Counted from the first letter of the stretch, positions 33,835 to 45,300 are shown. The stretch is DNA of 50,799 nt from Rhodocyclaceae bacterium (GCA_030652245.1 JAUSBB010000138.1:1-50799); one strand, 5' to 3'. Numbers and translations are program-made. The notes: generated by a model from the sequence alone, not told the origin.

Positions 33835-35016
33835 ATGAAACGTTCCCGCTTTACGCGTCGTACCCGACAGACCCCCGATACCGAGGAGTTGATCCGCCTC
33901 ACCACGCAACTCAGCCTGTCGGGTAGCCGGCTGGAAGATGAATTCTGGGAGCGCAGACTGGCCGGTCTGGTCGAGCGTCTCCTTGCCGGCAATGACGAGA
34001 CGGCGTTGAATGCCGCGCTCGATCATCTTTACGGCGCGGGTGGCCGCGCCTATGACGAACTGGCCGACATGGTCGAATCCTGCGCGGAGTGCCGCCACTA
34101 CACGATCGAGAGTGCCGGCGCCGATCAGGACGTGCTGCTGTTTGCCGCCCCGGTGCTGGCCTGGTCGCGCTACGCCATCCCCTCCGGGCCAATCCCGGCG
34201 GAGGTGCTGGCCACTTTGCGCGTGCAACTGCAGGCTCATGTGCTGGCCGCCAACGTGCGTTTTGGCCTGGCCGATTTCTTTTTCAGCCCGGATCAGTTGC
34301 CGCAAAGCTATAGCGACACGGCGGCGCTGACCGAAAAGCTGACCAAATCCGCCTTGCACGGCCGCGACATTAAGCTTGATTCGACGGAAATGCCCGAAAC
34401 GATCAACTTTTTGTCGGACACCCGTTATCTGATCGGCGTGCTCTGCGCGCCGGCCGGCGGGCCGCTGTTCCGCTGGCAGGAAGCGGACGGCAACCGCACC
34501 GAGGCGCACAAGCAGTGGCGCGGGCAGGGTGGCGAGGCCTTGCGCCCGCTCTTGCCCGCCTGTGCGCTCGAACCCTTGCTGCCGCAGTCATTCCATGCGG
34601 CGGTGCGTGAAGCCGACCGCGCCTCGCGGCCGTATTCGCTGCGCTCGGCCGTCTCCTTTCTGCAGACCACGCTAAACGTGAATGCCGCCAATCTGCACGC
34701 CGTGGTGGCGCCTTATTACGATCGGCAACTCGAAGAATTCCGCATCGGCTTCACCGTGGAAGCGTCATCCGACGTGGTGCATGGCGTGGTCTGGCCCCTG
34801 CTCGAAAACGAGGACGAGGCCGCCGAGACGCCCGGCCAGATCGAGGCCGTGCTGCGCGAGGCCGGCGTGGCGGAGGTGCTGGTGCTCGATCATCGCTTCC
34901 CGCTCGAATATTGCGACGATTGCGGCGCACCCTTGTATCCGAATCCGGATGGCGAGCCGGTGCATGCCGAACTGCCGGAACAGGAAGAAGAAGCGGCGCC
35001 ACGACATTTGCACTGA
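33835..35016 (+). CDS. Conserved betaproteobacterial protein (DUF2863-like) with C-terminal CxxC
   Basis: SGSRLED.FWE, GVVWPL, EYCDDCGAPLYP, C-terminal HLH; family recognised from memory. Confidence 0.7.
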   Translation: MKRSRFTRRTRQTPDTEELIRLTTQLSLSGSRLEDEFWERRLAGLVERLLAGNDETALNAALDHLYGAGGRAYDELADMVESCAECRHYTIESAGADQDVLLFAAPVLAWSRYAIPSGPIPAEVLATLRVQLQAHVLAANVRFGLADFFFSPDQLPQSYSDTAALTEKLTKSALHGRDIKLDSTEMPETINFLSDTRYLIGVLCAPAGGPLFRWQEADGNRTEAHKQWRGQGGEALRPLLPACALEPLLPQSFHAAVREADRASRPYSLRSAVSFLQTTLNVNAANLHAVVAPYYDRQLEEFRIGFTVEASSDVVHGVVWPLLENEDEAAETPGQIEAVLREAGVAEVLVLDHRFPLEYCDDCGAPLYPNPDGEPVHAELPEQEEEAAPRHLH

Positions 35017-35044
35017 GCATTTACACTAAGCATTTGCCTAATCA

Positions 35045-35641
35045 ATGACCGCGCCGTCGAGTCTCGATGAACTGATCGGGGCCTTGCGCTGCCTGCCCGG
35101 TGTCGGGCCGAAGTCCGCCCAGCGCATGGCCTACCATTTGTTGCAGCACAACCCGCAGGGCGCCGAGCGGCTCGGGCGCGCCCTGGACAACGCCCTCCGA
35201 ACCCTGCGCCGCTGCGACCGCTGCAATGGTTTCACCGAGGCGGCGATTTGCGATCGCTGCCTGTCTACCAAGCGTGATCCGTCGCAGTTATGCGTGGTCG
35301 AGATGCCGGCGGACCTGAACACGATGGAGCAGACGCACGCCTATCGCGGCTTCTATTACGTGCTGATGGGGCGCTTGAGTCCGCTCGACGGCGTCGGGCC
35401 GCGCGAACTGGCTTTCGACCGTCTGCTGGCCCGCGCTTGCGACGGCATGGTGAAAGAGGTGATTCTTGCCACCAACCTGACGCATGAGGGCGAGGCGACG
35501 GCGCATCACCTTGCCGAGATGCTGCACGCCCGGGGCATCAAGGTCAGCCGGATTGCGCGCGGCTTGCCGCTGGGCAGCGAACTCGAATATTCAGACGCCG
35601 CCAGCGTGGCGCAGGCGCTGCAGGAACGCCGGGACTACTGA
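35045..35641 (+). CDS. recR: Recombination mediator RecR
   Basis: [14 protein letters not shown]4 Zn finger, [15 protein letters not shown]. Confidence 0.96.
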   Translation: MTAPSSLDELIGALRCLPGVGPKSAQRMAYHLLQHNPQGAERLGRALDNALRTLRRCDRCNGFTEAAICDRCLSTKRDPSQLCVVEMPADLNTMEQTHAYRGFYYVLMGRLSPLDGVGPRELAFDRLLARACDGMVKEVILATNLTHEGEATAHHLAEMLHARGIKVSRIARGLPLGSELEYSDAASVAQALQERRDY

Positions 35642-35676
35642 TCGGCAACCTCATGGCAACCTCGCCCATTTAGTTC

Positions 35677-35705
35677 TTTAATAGCGTTACGCGCTTCGGT
35701 ATAAT
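35677..35705 (+). promoter_or_regulatory. Possible sigma70 promoter of petABC
   Basis: TTTAAT-17 bp-TATAAT about 50 bp upstream of petA. Confidence 0.4.
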
Positions 35706-35754
35706 CCGCTGGTTTTCCGAATCTGACGATAAAACAATACAGGAACCTCCCTCC

Positions 35755-36351
35755 ATGAGCTGTGACGATAAAATGGATTGCGGCAGGCGTCGCTTGCTGG
35801 TCGCGACCGCGACCCTGGGTGGCGTGGCCGGCGTGGCGGCGGCCATTCCGTTTGTCAGCACCTTTGCCCCTTCCGAGCGCGCCAAATCCGCCGGCGCTCC
35901 TGTCGAGGCCGATATCAGCAAGCTGGCGCCAGGCCAGATGATGACCGTCGAATGGCGCGGCAAGCCGGTGTGGATCATCCACCGCACCCCGGAAATGCTC
36001 GACACGCTGACCAAGCTGACCGACAAGATGGCCGACCCGAAGTCGGGGCGGCCGATGCAGCCGGGCTACGCCAAGAACGAGCACCGCTCGATCAAGCCGG
36101 AGTTTCTCGTCGCCATCGGCATCTGCACCCACCTGGGCTGTTCGCCATCGGAAAAGTTCAAGACCGGCGCCGAGTCGGGCGTCACTGACGACTGGCAAGG
36201 CGGCTTCTTCTGTCCCTGTCACGGTTCGGTCTTCGATCTGGCCGGCCGCGTCTACAAGAACATGCCGGCGCCGGACAATCTCGAAGTTCCCCCGCACGTT
36301 TTTCTGTCCGACGCCAAGATTCTGATTGGCGAAGACAAGAAGGGAGCCTAA
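35755..36351 (+). CDS. petA: Cytochrome bc1 Rieske Fe-S subunit
   Basis: Tat-like RRR signal, CTHLGC, CPCHGS. Confidence 0.97.
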   Translation: MSCDDKMDCGRRRLLVATATLGGVAGVAAAIPFVSTFAPSERAKSAGAPVEADISKLAPGQMMTVEWRGKPVWIIHRTPEMLDTLTKLTDKMADPKSGRPMQPGYAKNEHRSIKPEFLVAIGICTHLGCSPSEKFKTGAESGVTDDWQGGFFCPCHGSVFDLAGRVYKNMPAPDNLEVPPHVFLSDAKILIGEDKKGA

Positions 36352-36354
36352 GCC

Positions 36355-37653
36355 ATGGGCGCCACCCAAACCAATAAATACAAATCCGACGGTACGGCCG
36401 CTGGCGGCCTGCTGGAGTGGGTCGATGCCCGCTTCCCTTTGATGTCGCTGTGGAATGACCATCTGGCCAAGTACTACGCGCCGAAGAATTTCAACTTCTG
36501 GTATTACTTCGGTTCGCTGGCGATGCTGGTGCTGGGACTGCAGATCATCACCGGCATCTTCCTGACAATGCACTACAAGCCGGATGCCGCGCTCAACGCC
36601 TCCGGCATACCGGCGGCCTTTGCCAGCGTCGAATACATCATGCGCGATGTGCCCTGGGGCTGGCTGATTCGTTACATGCACTCCACGGGCGCCTCGTTCT
36701 TTTTCATCGTCATCTATCTGCACATGTTTCGCGGCATGCTCTACGGCTCCTACCGCAAGCCGCGCGAGCTGATCTGGATTTTTGGCATGCTGATCTACCT
36801 GTGCCTGATGGCGGAAGCCTTTCTCGGTTATCTGCTGCCCTGGGGCCAGTTGTCCTACTGGGGCGCGCAGGTGATTGTGAATATGTTCACCGCCATTCCG
36901 GTCATCGGTCCCGATCTGGCCCTGTTGCTGCGCGGTGATTATGTCGTTTCGGACGCCACGCTGAACCGTTTCTTCGCCTTGCACGTCGTCGCCATCCCGC
37001 TGGCTCTGGTCGGCCTGGTCGCCGCGCATATCATGGCGCTGCATGAAGTGGGCTCGAACAACCCGGATGGCATCGAGATCAAAAAGAAGAAGGGCCCGGA
37101 CGGCGTCCCGCTCGACGGCATTCCTTTCCATCCGTATTACACGGTGAAGGACATCGTCGGCATCGTGGCCTTCTTGATGGTGTTCGCAATCGTCATCTTT
37201 TTCATGCCGGAAGCCGGCGGCTACTTCCTTGAATTCAACAATTTCTATCCCGCCGATCCGCTGGTGACGCCGCCCCATATCGCGCCGCTGTGGTACTTCT
37301 CGCCCTATTACTCGATTCTGCGCGCCAACACGGTGAACTTCTTCTGGATCGATGCCAAGCTCTGGGGCGTGATCTTCATGGGTCTGGGGACGGTGATCTT
37401 CGCCTTTCTGCCCTGGCTCGACCGCAGTCCGGTCAAGTCGATCCGCTATCGCGGCCCGCTGTTCAAGGGTGCGCTGGCGATCTTCGTCGTCTGCTTCATC
37501 ACCCTCGGCGTCCTCGGCACCCTGCCGGCAACCCCCGGTCTCACGCTGATTGCGCAGGTCTGCTCCATCCTCTACTTCGCCTTTTTCCTGCTGATGCCGA
37601 TTTACACGTCGCTCGATAAATGCAAGGCCGAGCCGGAAAGGGTGACTGGATAA
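36355..37653 (+). CDS. petB: Cytochrome b
   Basis: RYMHSTGAS, GYLLPWGQ.SYW, RFFALH, P.WYF. Confidence 0.97.
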   Translation: MGATQTNKYKSDGTAAGGLLEWVDARFPLMSLWNDHLAKYYAPKNFNFWYYFGSLAMLVLGLQIITGIFLTMHYKPDAALNASGIPAAFASVEYIMRDVPWGWLIRYMHSTGASFFFIVIYLHMFRGMLYGSYRKPRELIWIFGMLIYLCLMAEAFLGYLLPWGQLSYWGAQVIVNMFTAIPVIGPDLALLLRGDYVVSDATLNRFFALHVVAIPLALVGLVAAHIMALHEVGSNNPDGIEIKKKKGPDGVPLDGIPFHPYYTVKDIVGIVAFLMVFAIVIFFMPEAGGYFLEFNNFYPADPLVTPPHIAPLWYFSPYYSILRANTVNFFWIDAKLWGVIFMGLGTVIFAFLPWLDRSPVKSIRYRGPLFKGALAIFVVCFITLGVLGTLPATPGLTLIAQVCSILYFAFFLLMPIYTSLDKCKAEPERVTG

Positions 37654-38363
37654 TGAAAAAACTGCTCATTGCACTGCTGTTTGTGCCGCTCCTGGCATTG
37701 GCCGCCGGTGCGGACGTTCGTCTGGACAAGGCGCCCGACCGCGCGCGCGATTTGCCCGCCCTGCAAAACGGCGCGAAAGTCTTTGTCAATTACTGTCTCA
37801 ACTGTCACTCGGCGTCCTATTACCGCTACAACCGCCTCACCGACATCGGCCTGACGGAGCAGCAAATCAAGGACAACCTGCTGTTCACCGCGGATAAGGT
37901 GGGCGAACCCATGACCATCGCGCTGCGGCGCGCCGACGCGAAAGCGTGGTTTGGCGTCGCGCCTCCCGATCTGACCTTGATCGCCCGCGCCCGCACTTCC
38001 GGGGCCGGTTCCGGGGCCGACTGGCTCTACACCTATCTGCGCTCCTATTACCGTGACGATTCCCGGCCGACCGGCTGGAACAACCCGGTATTCCCCAACG
38101 TCGGCATGCCGCATGTCCTGTGGGAACTGCAAGGCGAACAGGTCATGGGCGCCGACCACAAGCTGACGCTGGCCAAGCCCGGCCTCATGAAGCCCGCGGA
38201 TTTTGACGCCATGGTCGCCGACCTGGTGGGCTTCCTGACTTACATCGGCGAACCGATGGCCAATTTCCGCAAGGTGCTGGGCGTCGTCGTGCTGATTTTC
38301 CTTTCCATCCTGTTTATCGTTTCCTATGCGCTCAAGCGTGAATACTGGAAAGATATCCATTAA
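37653..38363 (+). CDS. petC: Cytochrome c1
   Basis: CLNCH haem motif, PPDL, MPHVL, C-terminal TM + EYWKDIH. Confidence 0.96.
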   Translation: MKKLLIALLFVPLLALAAGADVRLDKAPDRARDLPALQNGAKVFVNYCLNCHSASYYRYNRLTDIGLTEQQIKDNLLFTADKVGEPMTIALRRADAKAWFGVAPPDLTLIARARTSGAGSGADWLYTYLRSYYRDDSRPTGWNNPVFPNVGMPHVLWELQGEQVMGADHKLTLAKPGLMKPADFDAMVADLVGFLTYIGEPMANFRKVLGVVVLIFLSILFIVSYALKREYWKDIH

Positions 38364-38461
38364 CCCAATAGCGTGACCATACTGACATGGGACATCGAGA
38401 TATGAATCCACCCGTCCGTCGCGTGGTGCGTGATTCCGACTATTCTTGGGGAACGAGTGCC

Positions 38462-39058
38462 ATGATGAACCTGTACTCGGGCACGACCTGCCCGTTCAGC
38501 CATCGCTGCCGTATCGTTCTCTACGAAAAGCAGATGGATTTTCAGGTGATTGATGTTGATCTCTTCAACAAGCCTGAGGACATCGCCGTCATCAACCCGT
38601 ATAACCGGGTGCCGGTGCTGGTGGATCGCGACCTCGTTCTTTACGAGTCGAACATCATCAACGAATACATCGACGAGCGCTTTCCGCATCCGCAGTTGAT
38701 GCCGCCCGACCCGCAAACCCGGGCGAAGGCGCGGCAGTTGCTGCATACGATGGAACACGAGTTGTTCAGCCATATCGATGCGCTCGAACGCAACCTGAAG
38801 TCGGCGGACAAGTCGCGCGCGCATATTCGCGATCGACTGGTCGAGCTGGTGCCCCTGTTCGCCAAGCAGAAATTCCTCCTCGGCGACGATTTTTCGATGC
38901 TCGACGTGGCCATCGCGCCTTTGTTGTGGCGCCTTGATCACTATGGCATCGAATTGCCGAAGTCGGCGGCGGGCGTCATGAAGTTTGCCGAGCGCATTTT
39001 CTCGCGGCAGGGATTCATCGATGCGTTGACGCCGTCGGAAAAGGTGATGCGCCGCTGA
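38462..39058 (+). CDS. sspA: Stringent starvation protein A (GST-like)
   Basis: LYSGTTCPFSHRCR, NPYNRVP, DERFPHP. Confidence 0.95.
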   Translation: MMNLYSGTTCPFSHRCRIVLYEKQMDFQVIDVDLFNKPEDIAVINPYNRVPVLVDRDLVLYESNIINEYIDERFPHPQLMPPDPQTRAKARQLLHTMEHELFSHIDALERNLKSADKSRAHIRDRLVELVPLFAKQKFLLGDDFSMLDVAIAPLLWRLDHYGIELPKSAAGVMKFAERIFSRQGFIDALTPSEKVMRR

Positions 39059-39098
39059 TTTTGGCGGTGCATTGCCTGACGCATTTTCCTGTATCACG

Positions 39099-39518
39099 AT
39101 GGCATCCACCAAGCCTTATCTGATTCGCGCCATCCACGAATGGTGTCTGGACGAGGGCTTCACGCCCTACCTCGCCGTGCAGGTCGATCCGCAAACCCGC
39201 GTGCCGCGCGAGTTCGTCAAGGACGGGCAAATCGTCCTTAACGTCGGCGTCGAGGCCACCCATAAACTGCTGATCGGCAACGAAGAGATCAGCTTTCAAG
39301 CCCGCTTCAACGGTGCATCCTTCCCCGTGCTGGTGCCGCTCTCCGCCGTGCTGGCCATCTACGCGCGCGAGAACGGGCAGGGCATGGCCTTCGAAGCCAG
39401 CCCCGAAAATGCGCAGGGTGAAGAAGTCGGCGCTGGCGGGACGGCGAACCTGGAAGCCGCGACTGAAAAAACAGAGCCGCCCACACCCCGCGGCACCCAC
39501 CTGACACGCATCAAATAA
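39099..39518 (+). CDS. sspB: ClpXP adaptor SspB
   Basis: STKPYLIRA..EW, IYARENGQGMAF, C-terminal LTRIK. Confidence 0.95.
   Translation: MASTKPYLIRAIHEWCLDEGFTPYLAVQVDPQTRVPREFVKDGQIVLNVGVEATHKLLIGNEEISFQARFNGASFPVLVPLSAVLAIYARENGQGMAFEASPENAQGEEVGAGGTANLEAATEKTEPPTPRGTHLTRIK
39422..39445 (+). repeat. 24-bp intragenic motif, copy 7 (sspB tail)
   Basis: AGAAGTCGGCGCTGGCGGGACGGC; reads EVGAGGTA. Confidence 0.9.
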
Positions 39519-39521
39519 CAG

Positions 39522-39597
39522 TGGCGCCCCCAGCACGAATCGAACGTGCGACCCCCTTCTTAGGAGGAAGGTGCTCTATCCACTGAGCTATGGGGGC
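39522..39597 (-). tRNA. tRNA-Arg (CCT)
   Basis: Reverse complement GCCCCCATAGCTCAGTGGATAGAGCA-CCTTC CT CCT AA GAAGG-...GTTCGATTC...GGGGGCGCCA; 76 nt with encoded CCA. Confidence 0.95.
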
Positions 39598-39638
39598 AGA
39601 ATGCGTATTTTAACGATTACTTGGATCGGTGTTCGATC

Positions 39639-39815
39639 ATGAGTGACAGGTCAGTGGAAATAACGCCGCAATCCCGGGCTCCCCGACGCGGGTGGCGCGT
39701 CCTTGGCTGGTTGCTGCTGGGCGCCGTGCTCGGCGCGGCGCTGGTGGCCGCCTTCCTCGCCTACGGTCAGCCGGAACTGCTGCTGGAGCAGTTGAATCTG
39801 CGCTACTGTGGTTGA
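39639..39815 (+). CDS. Small single-TM hypothetical protein
   Basis: 58 aa; basic stretch, hydrophobic helix, then FLAYGQPELL..C. Confidence 0.5.
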   Translation: MSDRSVEITPQSRAPRRGWRVLGWLLLGAVLGAALVAAFLAYGQPELLLEQLNLRYCG

Positions 39816-40666
39816 CTGCCGGTCGTTTCGGCTGTTGGCGCTGCGTCGGGTTTGTCCAGCCCCAACCGGCGCATCACCGCTTCCTCGCTCAAGTGCAGCA
39901 ATTCGCCGATGGCCTTGTAGTCGTCCGGCAAGGCGGCATCGTCCCAGCCGTTGGCTGAGTGGCGCGCCAGGTCAACCGCGAGTTTGACGTTCCGCGCGCG
40001 TGGATGGTCGTCGTTGTCGTGATTCATCAGGGTAGTCAGCAACTCGGGCAGGCGCCAGGACTGGGCTAGTGCCAGTTTGATTTGATGGAGCGGGACGTTG
40101 AAAACTTCTGTTTGGACTGCGACCGAGCGTAGCGTCCGGTCGGCCTGGAGTCTTTCAGCAACCTGTACGGTGAGTTTCGGCGCAAAGCACCACATGAGAA
40201 TCTCTACGAAATCGTAAAGCAGGGTGGCAACGATCACTTCATCAACGTCGAGGTCGTGCCGATAGATCGCCCAGTCGCGCGCCCACAGCGCTGCCTTGCG
40301 CGCGCGGTTGATGGTTTTGAGCAGGCCGAGCAGGGCGCGCGGATGCGGCTTCAGTTGATCCTCGATCAGCGGTAGTTCCTGAAAGTCGCGGAAGAAGGGC
40401 TCCATGCCGATCATCATCAGCGCGCGTTCGATGGTGGTGATGTCGGTGTCGCGGTTCTTGTTGCGTTTGGCCTCGATATAGGCCAGCACGCGCAGCGTCA
40501 TCAGCGGGTCGTGAAGAATGACCGACGAAATAACGCGCGCGTTGGATTGGTTGGCATTGGCGCGCAATTCGGACAAGCGTTGCTCGGTGTGGCGCAGCAC
40601 GGGAATGCTCGCCTGGTTGAAAAAAGCCACCCAGGCGTCGAGATCGGGGAAAGGTTTATCAATCAT
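39803..40666 (-). CDS. HDOD-domain protein
   Basis: [18 protein letters not shown]...[14 protein letters not shown]. Confidence 0.85.
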   Translation of the reverse strand: MIDKPFPDLDAWVAFFNQASIPVLRHTEQRLSELRANANQSNARVISSVILHDPLMTLRVLAYIEAKRNKNRDTDITTIERALMMIGMEPFFRDFQELPLIEDQLKPHPRALLGLLKTINRARKAALWARDWAIYRHDLDVDEVIVATLLYDFVEILMWCFAPKLTVQVAERLQADRTLRSVAVQTEVFNVPLHQIKLALAQSWRLPELLTTLMNHDNDDHPRARNVKLAVDLARHSANGWDDAALPDDYKAIGELLHLSEEAVMRRLGLDKPDAAPTAETTGSQPQ

Positions 40667-40775
40667 CGGTGCATTATCGGCGCGGGTGCAGGCAGAAAAA
40701 TACGGAGCAGGCGGTTTTCATGCCCGCACATTACCTTGTATTGTCAGTTCGTTCCAGATAAAATCACGCCCCTTT

Positions 40776-40835
40776 CATCCTTGCCCCACCCGAACTGCAT
40801 GCGGGGGGGCTTCACCCAACCCAAAAGGAGCGTGC
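40776..40835 (+). promoter_or_regulatory. Probable rpsF leader (S6:S18 autoregulatory RNA)
   Basis: TCCTT-GCCCC...GGGGC...ACCC-AAAAGGAG; pairing would sequester the RBS, at the known location of this leader. Confidence 0.5.
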
Positions 40836-41264
40836 ATGCGACATTACGAAATAGCTTTTATCGTCCATCCGGACCAATCAGACCAGGTTCCCGCCATGAT
40901 CGAGCGTTACAAGACGCTTGTTACCGGCAAGTCCGGCGTCATTCATCGCCTGGAAGATTGGGGTCGTCGCCAGATGGCCTATCCGATCCAGAAAGTGCAC
41001 AAGGCGCACTACGTGCTCATGAACATCGAGTGCGACGGCGAGACCTTGACCGAGCTGGAAAATTCCTTCAAATTCAACGACGCTGTCCTGCGCCATCTGA
41101 CCATCAAGGCGGACAAGGCTGAAACCGCGCCTTCCCCGATGATGAAAGAGGAAAAGTCGCGTTCGTTCACCGCGTCGGCTGCGCCCGCCGAAGTTAAGTC
41201 GGCCGAGCTCAAGCCGGTCGAAGTCGCGGAGGTTCCGACTGCCAGCGTAGAGGCTGCCGCCTGA
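40836..41264 (+). CDS. rpsF: 30S ribosomal protein S6
   Basis: [25 protein letters not shown]. Confidence 0.97.
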   Translation: MRHYEIAFIVHPDQSDQVPAMIERYKTLVTGKSGVIHRLEDWGRRQMAYPIQKVHKAHYVLMNIECDGETLTELENSFKFNDAVLRHLTIKADKAETAPSPMMKEEKSRSFTASAAPAEVKSAELKPVEVAEVPTASVEAAA

Positions 41265-41265
41265 G

Positions 41266-41568
41266 TTGGCTAATCGCACCGAGCTCGCAGGTCGGTTGCT
41301 GGAGCGAGGCATTCTGCGTTACACCCCGGCGGGTGTCCCGGTGATCGAATTCCGGGTCGTCCATGCGTCGGAGCAGATGGAAGCCGGAACCGCCCGCAAC
41401 GTCGAATGCGAGCTTGCCTGCGTAGCCCTCGGCCCAACCGCCCTGCTGCTCAAGGAAGCGTCACCCGGCACGGAACTGACTGTCAGCGGTTTTCTGGCCG
41501 CGAAGAGTCTGAAACAGAAGATGCCCGTGCTGCACGTGACCATGATCGAATTTGCAGAGACAATTTGA
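41266..41568 (+). CDS. priB: Primosomal replication protein PriB
   Basis: RYTPAGVP, H.S.Q.EAG, GFLA; lies between rpsF and rpsR. Confidence 0.93.
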   Translation: MANRTELAGRLLERGILRYTPAGVPVIEFRVVHASEQMEAGTARNVECELACVALGPTALLLKEASPGTELTVSGFLAAKSLKQKMPVLHVTMIEFAETI

Positions 41569-41583
41569 TAAAAGGATTTTGAT

Positions 41584-41862
41584 ATGGCTTTCAAGCCCAG
41601 TAGCAAAAAGAAAGACGACAAGACCAAGAACAAGAACCGCAACATGTTCAAGCGTCGCAAGTTCTGCCGCTTTTCCGCCGAGAAGATCGAGCAGGTGGAC
41701 TACAAGGACGTTGACCTGCTGCGCGACTTCATCAGTGAAAACGGCAAGATCATGCCGGCGCGCATTACCGGCACCAAGACGCGCTTTCAGCGTCAGTTGT
41801 CGACCGCCATCAAGCGCGCGCGTTTCCTGGCGCTCATGCCCTACACCGACCTGCACCAGTAA
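41584..41862 (+). CDS. rpsR: 30S ribosomal protein S18
   Basis: [22 protein letters not shown]. Confidence 0.97.
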   Translation: MAFKPSSKKKDDKTKNKNRNMFKRRKFCRFSAEKIEQVDYKDVDLLRDFISENGKIMPARITGTKTRFQRQLSTAIKRARFLALMPYTDLHQ

Positions 41863-41876
41863 CGAGGAGATAACCC

Positions 41877-42326
41877 ATGCAAGTGATTCTGATGGACAAA
41901 GTGGTTAACCTCGGCGGTCTCGGCGATGTCGTCCGCGTCAAGGAAGGTTATGCCCGCAATTTTCTGATTCCCAAAGGCTTCGCCAAGCGCGCCACCCCCG
42001 AGAACATGAAGGTGTTCGAGGCGCGTCGCGCCGAGCTGGAGCGCCTCTCCGCCGACAAACTGACCGCGGCGCAAGCCGTGGCCGCCAGGCTCGAAGGCCT
42101 GAAGGTCGAGATCGCCCGCAAGGCCGGCGTCGATGGTCGCCTGTTCGGTTCGGTGAGTCCCGCCGACGTTGCCGAAGCGCTGACCGCCCAAGGCGTCGCG
42201 ACCGACAAGAGCGCCGTGCGCATGCCGGAAGGTCTTTTGAAGACCATCGGCGAGTTCGTCCTCGAAGTTTCGCCCCATGCCGATGTCGTGGCCAAGGTAA
42301 CGGTGACGGTGGTCGGCGAGCAGTAA
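41877..42326 (+). CDS. rplI: 50S ribosomal protein L9
   Basis: LG.LGDVVRVKEGYARNFLIP, GRLFGSV. Confidence 0.97.
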   Translation: MQVILMDKVVNLGGLGDVVRVKEGYARNFLIPKGFAKRATPENMKVFEARRAELERLSADKLTAAQAVAARLEGLKVEIARKAGVDGRLFGSVSPADVAEALTAQGVATDKSAVRMPEGLLKTIGEFVLEVSPHADVVAKVTVTVVGEQ

Positions 42327-42345
42327 GCCAATCCTTGTTTCACCC

Positions 42346-42376
42346 AAAAAAGGGCTGCCTGCGGGTGGCCCTTTTT
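42346..42376 (+). terminator. Bidirectional-type intrinsic terminator after rplI
   Basis: AAAAAAGGGCTGCC-TGCG-GGTGGCCCTTTTT. Confidence 0.85.
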
Positions 42377-42398
42377 GTCGGCTTAGAATAGCAGTGTC

Positions 42399-45300
42399 AT
42401 GCTGCACCTTCATCTAAGTAATCGCCCCGACACGCTGGCCCTGGCGCAGGCGGCGTTGTTGCGCGCCGCGCCGCTGCCCTTGCTGGAAACCGAGCAGGTG
42501 GTGGTCCCGGCCACGGCGGTGGCGCGCTGGCTGGGGCTCCGGCTGGCCGACGAACTGGGGATCGCCACCCGGATTGCCTTTCCGTTTCCCGCCGCTTACG
42601 CCTGGCATCTGTTTGGGCGGGTGCTGGCGGAGGTTGCCGCGGTCAATCCGTTTGATCGCGCCGCGCTGCAATGGCGTCTGTTGCGCTTGTTGGGCGAGAG
42701 CACCGCGCCGGAGGTGCGGCGTTATCTGGCTGACGATGATGGCGTCAAGCGCTATGAACTCGCCAGCCGGCTGGCTGCCCAGTTCGATCGCTATCTCGTC
42801 GAGCGCCCCGACTGGATCGAGTGTTGGGGTGCGGGCAAGCTGCTGGGACTCGGGCCGGACGAAGCCTGGCAGGCTGGCGTGTGGCGAACCCTGATGAGCG
42901 AACTCAAGGATGTTGTCGCCGAGCATCCGCGGACACGCTTCATGGCGCAATTGCGGCGGGACGCCACCGCGCGCGCGCGCCTGCCGCGCCGGATTAGCCT
43001 GTTTGCCGTCGAGGCCATGCCCGCACTCTACTGGGAGGTGTTCCTCGGCCTGGCCGAATGGGTCGACCTGCATGTCTTTGTGCTGACGCCCTGCCGCGAA
43101 TACTGGGGCGACATCGACCGGGAGCGCGTGCGGCTGCGCATGACCATCGAAAACCCCGCGGCCGCCGCCTTGCTCGAAGCGGGGCACCCCCTGCTGGCCT
43201 CGCTGGGACGGGCGCGCCAGCATGTGGTTGCCCGGCTTGCCGAGGCGGGCGAGCGCCTGCCGACCCGGGAGCATCAGTATTTCATTGGTCCGAAGAAATA
43301 CGCCGGGCCGCCCCAAGTATTTCTTGGCCCCCTGGGGGGAGAAAGCCGCGCAGCGGCTTTTTCGGGGGGGGATCTTTTTACGCTGCTGGGGCGTTTGCAG
43401 GAGGATATTCTTGACCTCACGACCAGCGTTGATGTGCCGCTCGATGCTTCGCTGCAAATCCATGCCTGTCACGGCCCGCTGCGCGAAGCCGAGGTGCTGC
43501 ACGATGCGCTGCTGGCGCTGTTCGAGGCCATGCCTGACCTCTCTCCGGCGGATCTCCTGATTCTCACCCCCGACATCGAAACCTATGCGCCGGCCATCGA
43601 GGCGGTGCTGCTGCATGCGCCGGCAAAGCGACGCATTCCCTGTGTGGTGGCCGATCGCCCGCGGGTTGCCGCGCCGTTGTGGCGCGCGCTGCGTCGTCTG
43701 TGCGCGGTGGCCGAGAGTCCACTCGACGCCGAAAGCGTCATGGGCCTGCTGGAAGAGCCGGCCGTGCGGCGCGCCTTTGACCTTGCCGAAAGTGAATTGC
43801 CACTGTTGCGCGACTGGGTCGCCGTGGCGGGAATCCGCTGGGGCCTGGATGGCCGCGCGCGCGCGCGGCGCGGCTTGCCGGCGGAGGATGCCCATACCTG
43901 GCGGGCGGGGTTGCAGCGTTTGTTGTTGGGCGTCGCAATGCCCGATGTACCCGAACGTTTGTATGACGAGGTATTACCGGTGGCCGGCATCGAGGGCGGC
44001 CGCGCTGAATTGCTGGGCCGTTTTTCCGACTATCTCGAAGCCCTGTTTACTTTGGTACAGAAAGTCGGCGCTGGCGAAACGGCGTTGAAATGGGTCGATA
44101 CCTTGAGCGAGGCGCAGGAACGCTTTCTCGCCCCGACCGAAGCGGAGGAGGACGAAGCGCAACGCATCCGCGACGGGATCAAAGCGCTGGCAACGCATGC
44201 GCGCGCGGCCCGCTGCGAAACCCGGTTGCCGCTGGCCGTCATGCTGCGCGAACTTGACGCCGCGCTCACCGAACGGGCGAGCGCGCGGGCCTTTGCCTCC
44301 GGCGCGGCGACCATCGCCGCCTTGCAGCCCGGCCGACCGCTGCCGGCGCGGGTGCTGTGCCTGGTTGGCATGAACGACGGCGCCTGGCCGCGTCCTGACG
44401 CGCCGACCAGTTTTGACCTCATTCAGCGCCATCCCCGGCCGGGTGATCGCAACCGGCGCGGCGAGGAGCGTTATGCGTTTCTTGAGGCGCTGCAGTGCGC
44501 GGGCGATGCCCTCGTCATTACCTATACCGGCCGCGATTCGCGCAGCAATGTCGAATTCCCGCCCGCCGCGCCGCTCGCCGAATTGCTCGACACACTGGTC
44601 AAGATGACTGGTCGGGAGGCCGCGGCACTGGTGGTGCAACATCCCTTGCAGCCTTTCAGTGCGGCGTATTTCGATCGGTCCGCGCCGACGTTGTTCAGCT
44701 TCGATGCCGAACAATGCAACGCCATCCGTGCAGAACGTGCCGCCAGCCCATTTCTGGTCGAGACGCCGGTGCATGGGCCAGCCACAGCCGCTCCCCCGGA
44801 ACTTGAATTGCCGCGCCTGCAACGCTTTTTCGACCATCCCGTGCGCTTTTACCTGCGTGAGCAACTGGGCATTCATCTCGAAGAAAGCGAAGAGCTGCTC
44901 GAAATTCACGAACCCTTCATCACCGACAACCTCGACAACTACCGCCTGCGCGAGGCGCATTTTGCCGGCATCAAAGGGGGCGCGACGGCTGACGAAACCA
45001 GGCGTCTCGTCCGGGCGAAGGGCTGGCTGCCGCATGGCGTGGCCGGGGAAATCGCCAGCGCGGCGGCGCAGGAAGAAGCCCGCGCGCTCTGGCAATCTGC
45101 TCAAGCCTTCGTCATGGCCGAAGCCTTGCCGCCGCTGGAGGCGCGCTTCGACGACGGGCAGACGGTCCTTTCCGGTCGGCTGGATCAGATCACGGCAAAC
45201 GGACTGTGGCGTCTGCGCTTCGGCAGCGCCCGTCCGCAGGATCTGTTGCGCCTGTGGATCGATCATCTGCTGTTGCAGCTTGCCGCGCCGCCCGGCGTGG

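Noticed and set aside
39522-39597. tRNA-Arg as an integration site
   Set aside because: No integrase and no duplicated tRNA 3' end seen; the flanks are core genes.
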